DNA of 32,000 nt from Candidatus Peribacter riflensis (GCA_001430755.1 CP013062.1:1050001-1082000); one strand, 5' to 3'; numbered from the stretch's first letter, positions 16,951-25,824 are shown. Translations and numbers: made by a program. Notes: a model not told the origin generated them from the sequence alone.

Positions 16951-16957
16951 GCCTCGT

Positions 16958-17046
16958 GCCGAGGTGGCGGAATTGGTAGACGCGCCAGCCTTAGGAGCTG
17001 GTCCCGCGCAAGCGGGATAGAGGTTCGAGCCCTCTCCTCGGCACCA
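16958..17046 (+). tRNA. tRNA-Leu, anticodon UAG, type II with long variable arm and genomically encoded CCA
   Basis: The acceptor stem is GCCGAGG/CCTCGGC. The D-arm GTGGCGGAATTGGTAGACGCG is typical of tRNA-Leu. The anticodon stem is CCAGC/GCTGG with loop CTTAGGA. The variable arm is cccgc-gcaa-gcggg, and the T-arm is AGAGG TTCGAGC CCTCT. Discriminator A and CCA follow. Confidence 0.95.
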
Positions 17047-17068
17047 GCAAATAGGCGTGACCATTACT

Positions 17069-17088
17069 TCTCTCCCCTTGGGGAGAGA
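17069..17088. terminator. GC-rich hairpin in the convergent gap between tRNA-Leu and hss; possible bidirectional terminator without a U-tract
   Basis: TCTCTCCCC tt GGGGAGAGA forms an 8-9 bp stem. A second imperfect stem (GTGAGGGG ... CCCTCCTCAC) lies at about 17093-17135. Neither strand has a T-run after the stems, so this is not a canonical intrinsic terminator. Confidence 0.35.
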
Positions 17089-17129
17089 CCGAGTGAGGGG
17101 AGCCGATTGTCGTTGAGAGGAAACCCTCC

Positions 17130-18611
17130 TCACGCTCCCACACCCACATCCAAATTTGGCCGAAACACCTTTCCGTGCGGCCTTTCGTCGGTCAGGAAGT
17201 TCGCAAACTGCCAGGTTTGGCCATCAACCGGCCGGCCTGTAGGGGTCCAATCAATGGGAATGGAAGGGAGAGAGCCCAGATAGGGAGCGGCGGCTTCCAG
17301 AATTTCGCGATGCGGCAGCTGATCGGGAATATTTACGCCCTCGCTGGGATGGCGAATCATCCAGCGCACCGCCGCCATGACCGATGCCGCCACCTGCAAT
17401 GTGGTCGCATTCTGGCCCGGTACATGTTTGCGTGCCTCGTCGATGCTGAGCACCGAACCCATCCACCACGCCTTGAAGTCGTGTCCCATGAGCAGCACAC
17501 CCAGCTCATCAATCCCGCTCTTGATGTCATCACTCAAAATTCTCCAATTTTCCTGCGGAATAAAGTTTCTGGCACGCAGATCCTCAAAGCTGCGAAGGGA
17601 TTCGGCGCAGGGACAATAGGCATAGTGCACGGTGGGTCGGCGTGCAGGTGTGCCATCGTCGTTCCAGAGGGTCAGAGCATCCGAGAGCGTGAACGCCTCT
17701 CCGTGACGGATGATCATGCCGACGATTTCCTGGCTCGGCACGCGCGACTTGACGCACGTATCAATTCCAAAACGCTTGAGACAGATCTGATTCTTCGGCC
17801 CGGCTGCATGAGCATGACCGTCACCGGGCATTGTTTTTTCATGCGTACCCCACCCCATCTCAGCGGGTGCGGTTCCCTCCTCACGAAATCCCTCCACGCT
17901 CCACGTATTGAGGAATGTATTGGGATCACGGGGAGTATGGGCAATTTGCGTATCAATTTCACTGATATGAATCGTCTGCACGTTCAGGAGCGCCGCAAGT
18001 TCGGCAAAGTTTCCGTAACGCACAGCATGGTCGATTGCCTCGCGACGTGAATCATGTGGCTTTTCGCTGACGAGTTTGTCACCGATGTCGATGAGCGCCT
18101 TCTTTGTGAAGTGGGAAACGAGTCCCGGATTCGCCCCATGTTCCAAAACGGCAGTGGGACCGGGCTTGTCCTTCCAGGAATGTATCAGCGCGCGGATCGC
18201 CATGTGGCGGACATAGAGCGTTTGATCGCATGGGTTTGAATGTTCCCTCCCTTCGTATGGATCCCACAATTCGACGGAGGTATTGATGTAGAGCACACCG
18301 TTCCTATGGCACCAATCGAGCAATGCGGTGCAGGAAATATTCCAGGCAAGATCGATGAGCAAATCACCCCGCGAAAGCAGTGCGGCCAGCTGGTCTTTCA
18401 GGTGTTCCCGTGTGAGGCGCTCATGCCGGAATGTCAGCCCCTGCAATAGATAGTCCTTCAGCAGTTCACGGTGATCCACCATATCCATCACTGTGATCTG
18501 TGTGGGTGAAATAGTGAGATTTTTGAGAAGGAGCGGGAGCGTGCACCGGGCAACCCCGCCGAAGCCAAGGATGAGAATGCGACCGGTACATGGAACGCTG
18601 GAAGACACCAT
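17130..18611 (-). CDS. hss: Homospermidine synthase, bacterial type (saccharopine-dehydrogenase-like NAD fold)
   Basis: The 493-aa product has an N-terminal Rossmann motif (RILILGFGGVARCTLPLL). It also carries blocks I recognise from bacterial HSS: EHGANPGLVSHF, NTWSVEGFREEG..AEMGWGTHE, WRILSDD..GIDELGVLLMGH, GQNATTLQVAASV and PIDWTP. Confidence 0.85.
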   Translation of the reverse strand: MVSSSVPCTGRILILGFGGVARCTLPLLLKNLTISPTQITVMDMVDHRELLKDYLLQGLTFRHERLTREHLKDQLAALLSRGDLLIDLAWNISCTALLDWCHRNGVLYINTSVELWDPYEGREHSNPCDQTLYVRHMAIRALIHSWKDKPGPTAVLEHGANPGLVSHFTKKALIDIGDKLVSEKPHDSRREAIDHAVRYGNFAELAALLNVQTIHISEIDTQIAHTPRDPNTFLNTWSVEGFREEGTAPAEMGWGTHEKTMPGDGHAHAAGPKNQICLKRFGIDTCVKSRVPSQEIVGMIIRHGEAFTLSDALTLWNDDGTPARRPTVHYAYCPCAESLRSFEDLRARNFIPQENWRILSDDIKSGIDELGVLLMGHDFKAWWMGSVLSIDEARKHVPGQNATTLQVAASVMAAVRWMIRHPSEGVNIPDQLPHREILEAAAPYLGSLPSIPIDWTPTGRPVDGQTWQFANFLTDERPHGKVFRPNLDVGVGA

Positions 18612-18618
18612 GAAAACC

Positions 18619-18626
18619 AGTGTACA
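18619..18626 (-). promoter_or_regulatory. Candidate -10 (TG-TACACT) placing the hss ATG at the transcription start (leaderless)
   Basis: The minus strand reads TATCTGTACACTggttttcATG. Seven nt separate the -10 end from the A of the ATG at 18611. There is no SD. Confidence 0.4.
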
Positions 18627-18732
18627 GATATTTCAATGTTTGAAGAGACAAACACCAGGGCACTCGCTCCGCGCAATCGGCCAACCGACAAGCGCGCAAC
18701 AAAAAACGCCACGCCCTTCTCTCAACATCACG

Positions 18733-20445
18733 CTATGCAGCGGGCGCCGCGGCCGGGCGTGCCTCTTCGACCAGCTTTTTGTAGAGCGCATCCATGGCAT
18801 CCCGTGCAACCATTGGCGAATGGAATACGCCCAAATTATCCACCGAGATCGCCTGATCGGGGGGCCTGCCGAGCTTCGTGAGTATGACGTTATTGATCGT
18901 ATTCACATGTGCCCACTTGTTCGCGCCCGCATCAGGATCAGCGGTGAGCTGGAAGTGGTCATTGGGCCCCATCGTCAGCTTGTTTAGGGCCGCTGCGAGG
19001 CCGTCTGTGCCGGGAATGGCCCGGAGACTTAGGAGGTCCTGAATGCTGTTGAGCTTCTGAAGGATCTCCGCCCTGCCCGTTTCAACTTCACGCTTCATCG
19101 CAGTGAGTTCCGTCACGTCTGCCTGCAGTTTGTCTCGCTCCTGAGCCAGATCGCTAATGCGCTTATCGAGATCCCGCAGCTCATTCTTCTGTAGATCCGT
19201 CGCGGTGGCGGCTGTCGCCGACGGCCGTCTCGACTCGGCAATACGCTGCAGAGCAGCGATGGAACCGGGGCCGGCGGCATCATTGAGAGCCTTCAGGCGG
19301 TCCTCCTTGCTCGTGAGCAGCTCTGATCCGGTTTTGGCGCCATCTGTCATCTCAGTGACCAGATTTCTGCGCCGTTCGGCACTGGAGGCATTCGATGCAG
19401 ATTCGGCGCCCGGCTTGCCTGCTTCGGGCGATCCTGCGGGTCCTTTCTTTTCACCTGGGTTGATCATCTCTTTCATCTTCTGAACATTCAGAAGTACGAA
19501 ACCGATCAGGCCCATGATCTTGCTGAAACCACGCTCCGCGGGCGAGCCCTCGAGCGCCTTGAGTTCAGGAGGCTTCTTAAAGATGCCATCCGGGTTGCTG
19601 GTATCGATGCCGCGCATCTGCATGCGTGCGAGCATGATGTTCTTGTCGACCTCTGATGCTTTGGTGGCGTCAAATTTTTCCAGCTCTTTCGCGGCACCAT
19701 CCACGATGTCTTTGCGCTCGTCATCCGAAAGCTCGTTGCCCGTTTCCACCATGGTCTGGCGGAGTTGATTCACAAATTTATGCTGGTCTGCCGGCAGCTC
19801 CTTCATGAATTTCTGAAAAGCCTGATCGTTGGTGAGAATGGCCTTCTTCTCTGCCGGACTCTTGGCATCAAAGTTTTCGAAGAACCCCTGCGCCGTCGCA
19901 AGCTCGGGGCTGCCCTCTGTCATACTCGCCATCAGTCTCTCCGCAGCCGCCTTTAAATCAGGATTGGAAGAGAACGCCTGATCAATCGTGGCTTTCTCGT
20001 CTTCGGTGAGCGCGCGGCCTTTTTCTTTTGTGCCAGCGGGCGCCTCTGCGCCAATGGCCAGTTTTCCGTCGGTTCCCAAGGCAAATCTGACATCGGCTGG
20101 TGCGAATGCCTCATTCACCACCTTGAGGGGCTCGGGGGTCGCTACATTCACAAGTTCCTGATGGTAGGTATTCGCTGCGTTCACGAGTGCCGTTCGGTAC
20201 CGCTCCTGCAATTGTGCGCTGTCCTCCGCGGCCCGCTGTACCTGAAAATCCGCCAGCTCCTCGGCTGCGTCGGGGTTCCCATCTTTCACCTTGTCGATTT
20301 GCTCCTGAATCTTCTTCTGCTCGGGGGTTAATTCCGCCGAAGGCGGCGCGCCAGCCGCACTTTCGCCGGGCGCGGCAGCCGGAGCGCCATCAACAAAAAT
20401 CAGTCTCTGCTCCTTCTCTGCTCTGCATTGTGGATGAAACAGCAT
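18733..20445 (-). CDS. Hypothetical acidic, helix-rich protein (570 aa)
   Basis: This long ORF starts 5 nt after the stop of the upstream 116-aa gene. It has no signal peptide. One short hydrophobic stretch is present (FSKIMGLIGFVLLNV), and the C-terminal half looks like coiled coil (LRDLDKRISDLAQERDKLQADVTELTAMKREVE). No family recognised. Confidence 0.65.
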   Translation of the reverse strand: MLFHPQCRAEKEQRLIFVDGAPAAAPGESAAGAPPSAELTPEQKKIQEQIDKVKDGNPDAAEELADFQVQRAAEDSAQLQERYRTALVNAANTYHQELVNVATPEPLKVVNEAFAPADVRFALGTDGKLAIGAEAPAGTKEKGRALTEDEKATIDQAFSSNPDLKAAAERLMASMTEGSPELATAQGFFENFDAKSPAEKKAILTNDQAFQKFMKELPADQHKFVNQLRQTMVETGNELSDDERKDIVDGAAKELEKFDATKASEVDKNIMLARMQMRGIDTSNPDGIFKKPPELKALEGSPAERGFSKIMGLIGFVLLNVQKMKEMINPGEKKGPAGSPEAGKPGAESASNASSAERRRNLVTEMTDGAKTGSELLTSKEDRLKALNDAAGPGSIAALQRIAESRRPSATAATATDLQKNELRDLDKRISDLAQERDKLQADVTELTAMKREVETGRAEILQKLNSIQDLLSLRAIPGTDGLAAALNKLTMGPNDHFQLTADPDAGANKWAHVNTINNVILTKLGRPPDQAISVDNLGVFHSPMVARDAMDALYKKLVEEARPAAAPAA

Positions 20446-20450
20446 GGGAA

Positions 20451-20801
20451 TTAGGGGGTGCTGAACGAAGATTCGATGGAGCGCATTTTCTGCTGGTCAT
20501 TTTGGGAGGCCTTGTCCTCCACAAAATGAATGGCTCCGAGCTTGAATGAGCGCACCTGGGCCTCCTGCTCCTGCATGTGCCGGGCATAGCGCCTCTCATA
20601 TTCCTCCATGGCCTTGGCATACCGCTCTCCGCGCGCCTTCTTCTGTTCGGGCGTCTCATCTTTGTACTTTTCTTTCGCCAAAGGGATCTGATCTGTGGTG
20701 AGTTCCGGCTCAATCTCCTGCATGATTTTGTTATAAATCTCCGCACCGGACTGCGCGACAGGAACCACGGGAACGCCTGCGGAAGACTGGGGGTTGGACA
20801 T
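20451..20801 (-). CDS. Hypothetical small charged protein (116 aa)
   Basis: The ORF lies downstream of a near-consensus sigma70-type promoter and is tightly linked to the 570-aa gene. No family recognised. Confidence 0.6.
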   Translation of the reverse strand: MSNPQSSAGVPVVPVAQSGAEIYNKIMQEIEPELTTDQIPLAKEKYKDETPEQKKARGERYAKAMEEYERRYARHMQEQEAQVRSFKLGAIHFVEDKASQNDQQKMRSIESSFSTP

Positions 20802-20830
20802 GGATATTGTTGTGGCTTCTTTTCTTTGTA

Positions 20831-20859
20831 ATTATACCAAATTTCACAGAAATCTTCAA
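20831..20859 (-). promoter_or_regulatory. Sigma70-type promoter: -35 TTGAAG, 17-nt spacer, extended -10 TGGTATAAT
   Basis: The minus strand reads TTGAAG atttctgtgaaatttgg TATAAT. It lies between the mfd stop (20876) and ATG 20801. Confidence 0.6.
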
Positions 20860-20875
20860 CCTTCTGCGAAATGGC

Positions 20876-23800
20876 CTACTTCTTCTCTTTTGACTTGCCG
20901 CCGAGCATTTCCACCTCCTTTGTGAGTTCCAGAAGCCACTGCGACTCCTCGGCCCCCGCTCTCCTGGTCAGCTCCGCGAACGGCAGGTGCAGATTACTGC
21001 CCGAGATCTTCCACTGCGGATTCTCTTTGAGCAGCTGCATGATCTCTTTGGCCGTCACGCGGCCCGCCAGCGTGAGGACGATGAAATCTTCCCGCGCCTC
21101 ATGTTCCATTTTGATGCGGATGACCCCTGCATGACGACACGCGAGTTTGAGCCGGAGAATAGCGAATAAATTTTTCACAGGAGTCGGCGGCTCACCGAAT
21201 TCGTCACGCAGGTCTTCTTCGAATTCCTTCAGAATGGAGGCATCCTCACTGCCGGCAAGCTTCTGGTACACCGAAATGCGTTCCTGTTCGTCGGTGACGT
21301 AGAAGGAGGGAAGCATCGCCTCCACGGGAAGCAGGATCTCGGCCGAGATCTCCTCTTCCACCTCGCCCTTCTCGCCGGCCTTCATTTCCTCCACGGCCCC
21401 TTTGAGCATGCGCAGGTAGTGGCTGACACCCACGGTGTTCATGGTGCCGGATTGGCTGGCCCCCAGAATCTCGCCGGCTCCGCGGATCTCGAGATCGCGC
21501 ATGGCCACCTGGAATCCGCTACCGAGCTCACAGGCCTCCACAATTGCCCTCAGGCGCTTCTTCGCATCGTCTTGCAGCTTCTGCCCGTGATAGAGGAAAT
21601 AGGCGTACGCCTGCACCTTGCTGCGCCCCACACGACCTCTGAGCTGGTAGAGCTGGGCAAGCCCGAAATGTTCCGCCTCATCCACCACAAGAGTATTGGC
21701 GCGCGGAAGGTCGATGCCATTCTCGATGATGGTGGAACTCACGAGCACATCCACGTTGCCCTTCTTGAATTCCAGCACGCGCTCTTCGAGCTCGTCCGCT
21801 TTCAGCTGCCCGTGCGCCACAATGAACTTCGCCTCAGGAATCAGCATACGGAGCTTGTCGGCAAAAGCATCGATCGTCTCTACACGATTGTGGAGGATGA
21901 AGGCCTGCCCCTTCCGCTTTAATTCGAAGATGATCGCATGCCGGATGAGCGAATCGGAATAGCGCCGGACCTCGGTGATGATCGGCAGCCTGCCCGGGGG
22001 TGGCGTGGTGATGGTGGTGATGTCGCGAAGCTTGTGCAGCCCCAGATTCAGCGTGCGCGGGATGGGGGTGGCCGTGAGGGTGAGAATATCCACCGAGGCG
22101 CGCATCTCTTTGAACTTCTCTTTCTGCTTCACGCCGAAACGCTGTTCCTCATCCACAATCACGAGCCCCAGATTATGAAAGTGCACGTCCTCCTGCAGCA
22201 GCCGGTGCGTGCCGATGACGAGATCCACTTCCCCCTTCTTCAGTCTTTCGAGTGTTTCACGCTGTTCCTTGGCCGAGCGGAACCGGCTGAGCATTTCGAT
22301 GCGCACATTGAACGGTGCCATGCGCTCGCGGAAGTTGTGGTAGTGCTGATCGGCCAGAATGGTGATCGGCGCGACCACGGCCACCTGCTTGCCACTCTGC
22401 ACGGCCTTGAACGCGGCCCGCATGGCCACTTCGGTCTTGCCGAATCCCACGTCTCCGCAGATGAGGCGATCCATGGGGTGCCCGCTCTCCATATCCGTTT
22501 TCAGGTCTTCGATGGCCTTGCGCTGGCCCGGCGTTTCTTCGTACGGGAACGACTCCTCAAACTTGCGCTGGATATCGGTATCCTCGCCAAAGCCGTATCC
22601 TTTGGCCTTGGCACGCTTGGCGTAGAGCAACAGAAGTTCTTTGGCGATCAGTTCGGTTTCCTCCTTCGTCTTCTTCATCACGCGTTTCCACTCATTGGTT
22701 CCGAGACGCGTGAGAATGGGCTCCTGCCCCTCTTCGTAGACGAATTTACTGAGCTTGTCGGCCTGATCCACCGGCACGAAGAGCTTGTCGCCCTCGGCAT
22801 ACGTCAGTTCCAGATATTCGCGCAGCGTTCCATCCACTTCTTTCTGCGTCATCCCTTCGAAGTGCCCGATGCCGTGCTCCATGTGCACGACGTAATCACC
22901 GGGAACGAGCGAGGTGATAAAATCGAGGGCCAATTTCTGAATGCTGCGCTGCTTGCCCGCCTTTCTCAGTGAGAAAATTTCACGATCGGTGAGCAGAGCG
23001 AATTTCAAATCGGGATTCTGAAGGGAGTGGGGGAGCAGTTCGTCTTCTCCGGCACCGATGAGGGTAAGAGTGCCCGGAGTACGCTCCAGATCCGTCGAAC
23101 AGGACACATGCTCCTCTTTGCAAATACCCTTAAGCTCCTCGATGCGCTTGGTGACGACGAAAATCGCCCATTTCTGCGTGAGCTTGTCTTTGACGTCATT
23201 GAGAAAATCGATGAGTGTGTAGAATTTCAGAACAGAAAGGTAGCGCAGGTGCGCGTGGTGATCGTCGGTTTCAGGAAAAGGCGTGAAGCGCAGGGCTGTC
23301 GCTGTCATGGGAAATTCCACATCATCCTGATCATCAATCACCAGAAGCGCTTTCGCGGGAATCTGGCGGACGAGAAGATCTGTTTCTTCGTAGAGCAACG
23401 GAAAGATCTGCATCTCTTTACCTCCGTCCTCCGTTTTCGAAAGATCAATGGGATCAACGGTAAGAATTTTTTCCACCCGATCCATGTCGAAGGAAACACG
23501 ATAGGGGTGGCTGGACTGGATCGGGAAGATATCGAAAACATCGCCAATGCGCCGGTATTCACCGGGAGAAAGATACAGATCCTCCCCATGCTGGTATCCG
23601 CGTTCGATCAGATCCTCCACGAATTTCGTAAAATTGATTTCTTTGCCGAGCGTGAGCGTAAGCATGCGATCCAGGAGCTCGGCGAAGCGCGGAAACGACT
23701 GATCCCACGTTTCACGCGAGCAGAGGAAAATCCCATTCTTCGATTCCTCCCCCTGCGTGAACTGCAGGAATGTTTGCAGAGCATCTGGCAATACTTCCCC

Positions 23801-24055
23801 CTCCTCATTTTCAATGGGATGGAGAATGTGCGTCGTCTGCCCGAAGAATTGCAGCCAGTGCTGCAGGGCCTCCGCTTCTTCCTCCCGCCCGGTGACCAGG
23901 AGCGTGCGCTGGGAATTCTGCTCGAGGAGAAGAGAGAGAAGAAGGGCTTTTGCGGTCTCATTGCTGGCCCCGGAGATCACAAGACGCCGCTCCTTCTTCA
24001 GAAGCTCGGTCAGTTCCCGGTGAGTGTCTCTCCCAAGGAGGAGAGAAGGTTGCAT
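20876..24055 (-). CDS. mfd: Transcription-repair coupling factor
   Basis: The 1059-aa product has a superfamily-2 helicase core (Walker A CGDVGFGKTEVAMRAAF, DEEQRFG) and a CarD/RNAP-interacting region (GDYVVHMEHGIGHFEG). The TRG-type region and C-terminal domain are also present. Confidence 0.95.
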   Translation of the reverse strand: MQPSLLLGRDTHRELTELLKKERRLVISGASNETAKALLLSLLLEQNSQRTLLVTGREEEAEALQHWLQFFGQTTHILHPIENEEGEVLPDALQTFLQFTQGEESKNGIFLCSRETWDQSFPRFAELLDRMLTLTLGKEINFTKFVEDLIERGYQHGEDLYLSPGEYRRIGDVFDIFPIQSSHPYRVSFDMDRVEKILTVDPIDLSKTEDGGKEMQIFPLLYEETDLLVRQIPAKALLVIDDQDDVEFPMTATALRFTPFPETDDHHAHLRYLSVLKFYTLIDFLNDVKDKLTQKWAIFVVTKRIEELKGICKEEHVSCSTDLERTPGTLTLIGAGEDELLPHSLQNPDLKFALLTDREIFSLRKAGKQRSIQKLALDFITSLVPGDYVVHMEHGIGHFEGMTQKEVDGTLREYLELTYAEGDKLFVPVDQADKLSKFVYEEGQEPILTRLGTNEWKRVMKKTKEETELIAKELLLLYAKRAKAKGYGFGEDTDIQRKFEESFPYEETPGQRKAIEDLKTDMESGHPMDRLICGDVGFGKTEVAMRAAFKAVQSGKQVAVVAPITILADQHYHNFRERMAPFNVRIEMLSRFRSAKEQRETLERLKKGEVDLVIGTHRLLQEDVHFHNLGLVIVDEEQRFGVKQKEKFKEMRASVDILTLTATPIPRTLNLGLHKLRDITTITTPPPGRLPIITEVRRYSDSLIRHAIIFELKRKGQAFILHNRVETIDAFADKLRMLIPEAKFIVAHGQLKADELEERVLEFKKGNVDVLVSSTIIENGIDLPRANTLVVDEAEHFGLAQLYQLRGRVGRSKVQAYAYFLYHGQKLQDDAKKRLRAIVEACELGSGFQVAMRDLEIRGAGEILGASQSGTMNTVGVSHYLRMLKGAVEEMKAGEKGEVEEEISAEILLPVEAMLPSFYVTDEQERISVYQKLAGSEDASILKEFEEDLRDEFGEPPTPVKNLFAILRLKLACRHAGVIRIKMEHEAREDFIVLTLAGRVTAKEIMQLLKENPQWKISGSNLHLPFAELTRRAGAEESQWLLELTKEVEMLGGKSKEKK

Positions 24056-24241
24056 GTGCGAAAGAGTTGTGCCCGAGATTCGACTCCCCTCACAAAAAAT
24101 GAGGAGAGGAAATTACCTTCGAGAGACCGCTTCTGCGCCCCGGGCGTTGATGCCACCAGTATAGAAGAAACTGGTGGAAAAGCAAGGATATGAAGAAAGC
24201 TCCGAAAATGTCATGGTGAGCTCTGACGAACCATCGCATTC

Positions 24242-24285
24242 ACGAATTTATCGCACTTCGACAGGGCTCAGTGTGACAAATTCGT
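24242..24285 (-). other. 16-bp imperfect inverted repeat (12-nt loop) just downstream of dnaN
   Basis: ACGAATTTATCGCACT tcgacagggctc AGTGTGACAAATTCGT has 14 Watson-Crick pairs, 1 wobble and 1 mismatch. No U-tract follows. Further hairpins lie at 24153-24177 (CCACCAGT/ACTGGTGG, perfect 8 bp) and 24084-24108. Confidence 0.6.
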
Positions 24286-24312
24286 CGTTGAGAAGTTCTT
24301 GAAATAAGGAGT

Positions 24313-25494
24313 TTATTCCTCCTGAAGTCTGAGCGGCATGATCAGGTGCAGGAAGAGGGGGTTACTGGGGAACCGGAAGACGGCCGGGTGCATGCTGTCG
24401 GTCAGTGTGAGCTCCACCTCGCCCTCACTGTCTGCATGCCCCAGGAAATCGAGCAGGTAGCTGGAGCTTAAGGCGATCTTGTTTGGGTCGCCTTTGATTT
24501 TGGCTGAGAAGGTCGCCTCATCCCTGCCTGCCTGCGTCTGTGGCGTCTTCACATGCACCGCATCCTTCGAGAAGGAGAAGGTGAGGTTGTTGTTAATCTC
24601 TTTCGCGAAATAATGCATGCGTTTCACAATCGGCGTGAGCTCCCGCACAGAAAGTTGAATGGTGGTCTTCTGCTCCTTCGGGATAATTTGCTTGTAGTCA
24701 GGGAATCGCCCGTCAATGAGACGTGAGAGGAGGCGGGTGGGCCCGACGTGCAGCTCAATCTGCTGATTGCTCAGTGCCACCTCGATGGGCTGGAGTGTTG
24801 GTTCGGGCTTCTCTTTCTTCTCTTTGTCCTTTCCCTCCTCTTTCGCTCCTTCTGTGCGCTCGGGCTTGCGGGAACCGAGAATGGATCTCAGTTCCTCCAG
24901 TACCTTTGTGGGGACAATGCAGGAGATGTCGATGGTGGCTGCTTTTGTGGGGATCTTGTACTCCGACAGACGATAGCTGTCGGTTGCGACAAAAGTGAGA
25001 TGGCCCTTTTCTGCGTGCAGATACACCCCCGAGAGAACGGGGCGGAGAGATGTTTTGGTGGAAGCGAAGGTCACGCGCTGAAGGGCCTCGAGTACTGGGG
25101 CCGCATCGAGGGTGAAGGTGGTCTGCTTCTCGATGGGGGTAATGGTGGGATATTCCGAGGCTGCCTCTCCGGCAATGAGGGTTTTGGCATGTTTGGAAGT
25201 GCACTTCAGTTGCGTTCCTTCGCTGGTTTCCAGGAGGACCTCATTGTCAGAATTGTATTGGGCAAAATTGAGAATGGCTTTGGAGGGAATGGTAATTGAT
25301 CCCTCATTCTCAATAGAAGCCTCAAAACTGGTCACAATACTCAACTCCAAATCTGTTGCACTCACCTTGCAGCGTTTTCCTTCTGCCTCGAGAAGGATAT
25401 TCCCTAAAATCGGAAGCGCCTGCTGCCCACTGATGGCCCGACTCACAAGTGTGAGTGACTGAAGGAGATCGGATGTTTTACACAGGAGTTTCAT
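24313..25494 (-). CDS. dnaN: DNA polymerase III beta subunit (sliding clamp)
   Basis: MKLLCKTSDLLQSLTLVSRAISGQQALPILGNILLEA is a typical beta-clamp N-terminus, and the three-domain length fits. The C-terminus is MPLRL. At 393 aa it includes a Lys/Glu-rich insert of about 25 aa. Confidence 0.93.
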   Translation of the reverse strand: MKLLCKTSDLLQSLTLVSRAISGQQALPILGNILLEAEGKRCKVSATDLELSIVTSFEASIENEGSITIPSKAILNFAQYNSDNEVLLETSEGTQLKCTSKHAKTLIAGEAASEYPTITPIEKQTTFTLDAAPVLEALQRVTFASTKTSLRPVLSGVYLHAEKGHLTFVATDSYRLSEYKIPTKAATIDISCIVPTKVLEELRSILGSRKPERTEGAKEEGKDKEKKEKPEPTLQPIEVALSNQQIELHVGPTRLLSRLIDGRFPDYKQIIPKEQKTTIQLSVRELTPIVKRMHYFAKEINNNLTFSFSKDAVHVKTPQTQAGRDEATFSAKIKGDPNKIALSSSYLLDFLGHADSEGEVELTLTDSMHPAVFRFPSNPLFLHLIMPLRLQEE

Positions 25495-25677
25495 AAGGTG
25501 GTTCCCAATAGTAAATAATTAAAAGAAGTATTCTTATAATTCGTCGTAATCATAGACCCTCTACTAAAGTTCATCTTTATCATTGTAGTCTGTGGAAAGT
25601 GAGAGCAATAGTTTCATTTTTTCTTTTTCTTAAGGCCATCTCTATTTTTTGGGCCTCTCTGTGGGTTGTGGAGGAGG

Positions 25678-25686
25678 TGTGGATAA
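25678..25686 (-). promoter_or_regulatory. Perfect DnaA box TTATCCACA
   Basis: The + strand reads TGTGGATAA. The box is embedded in the 14-mer GGTGTGGATAACTT (25676-25689), which recurs at 25823-25836. Confidence 0.7.
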
Positions 25687-25824
25687 CTTGTGGAGAAGTG
25701 GAAGAGTAGATGAGTGGGAAGCCAAACGCTATGTTTATGGCTTTATGGAGCGGAAATACCAAAGTTTACGTGCAGAACACCTGCCTACCTAAGAGGAACC
25801 CATCCACAGGGCTTTCCACAGGGG

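Noticed and set aside
25580-25762. A 60-aa ORF on the - strand in the dnaN upstream region.
   Set aside because: It lies within the AT-rich, DnaA-box-containing non-coding tract, has no promoter or start context, and its composition is unlike the window's genes.
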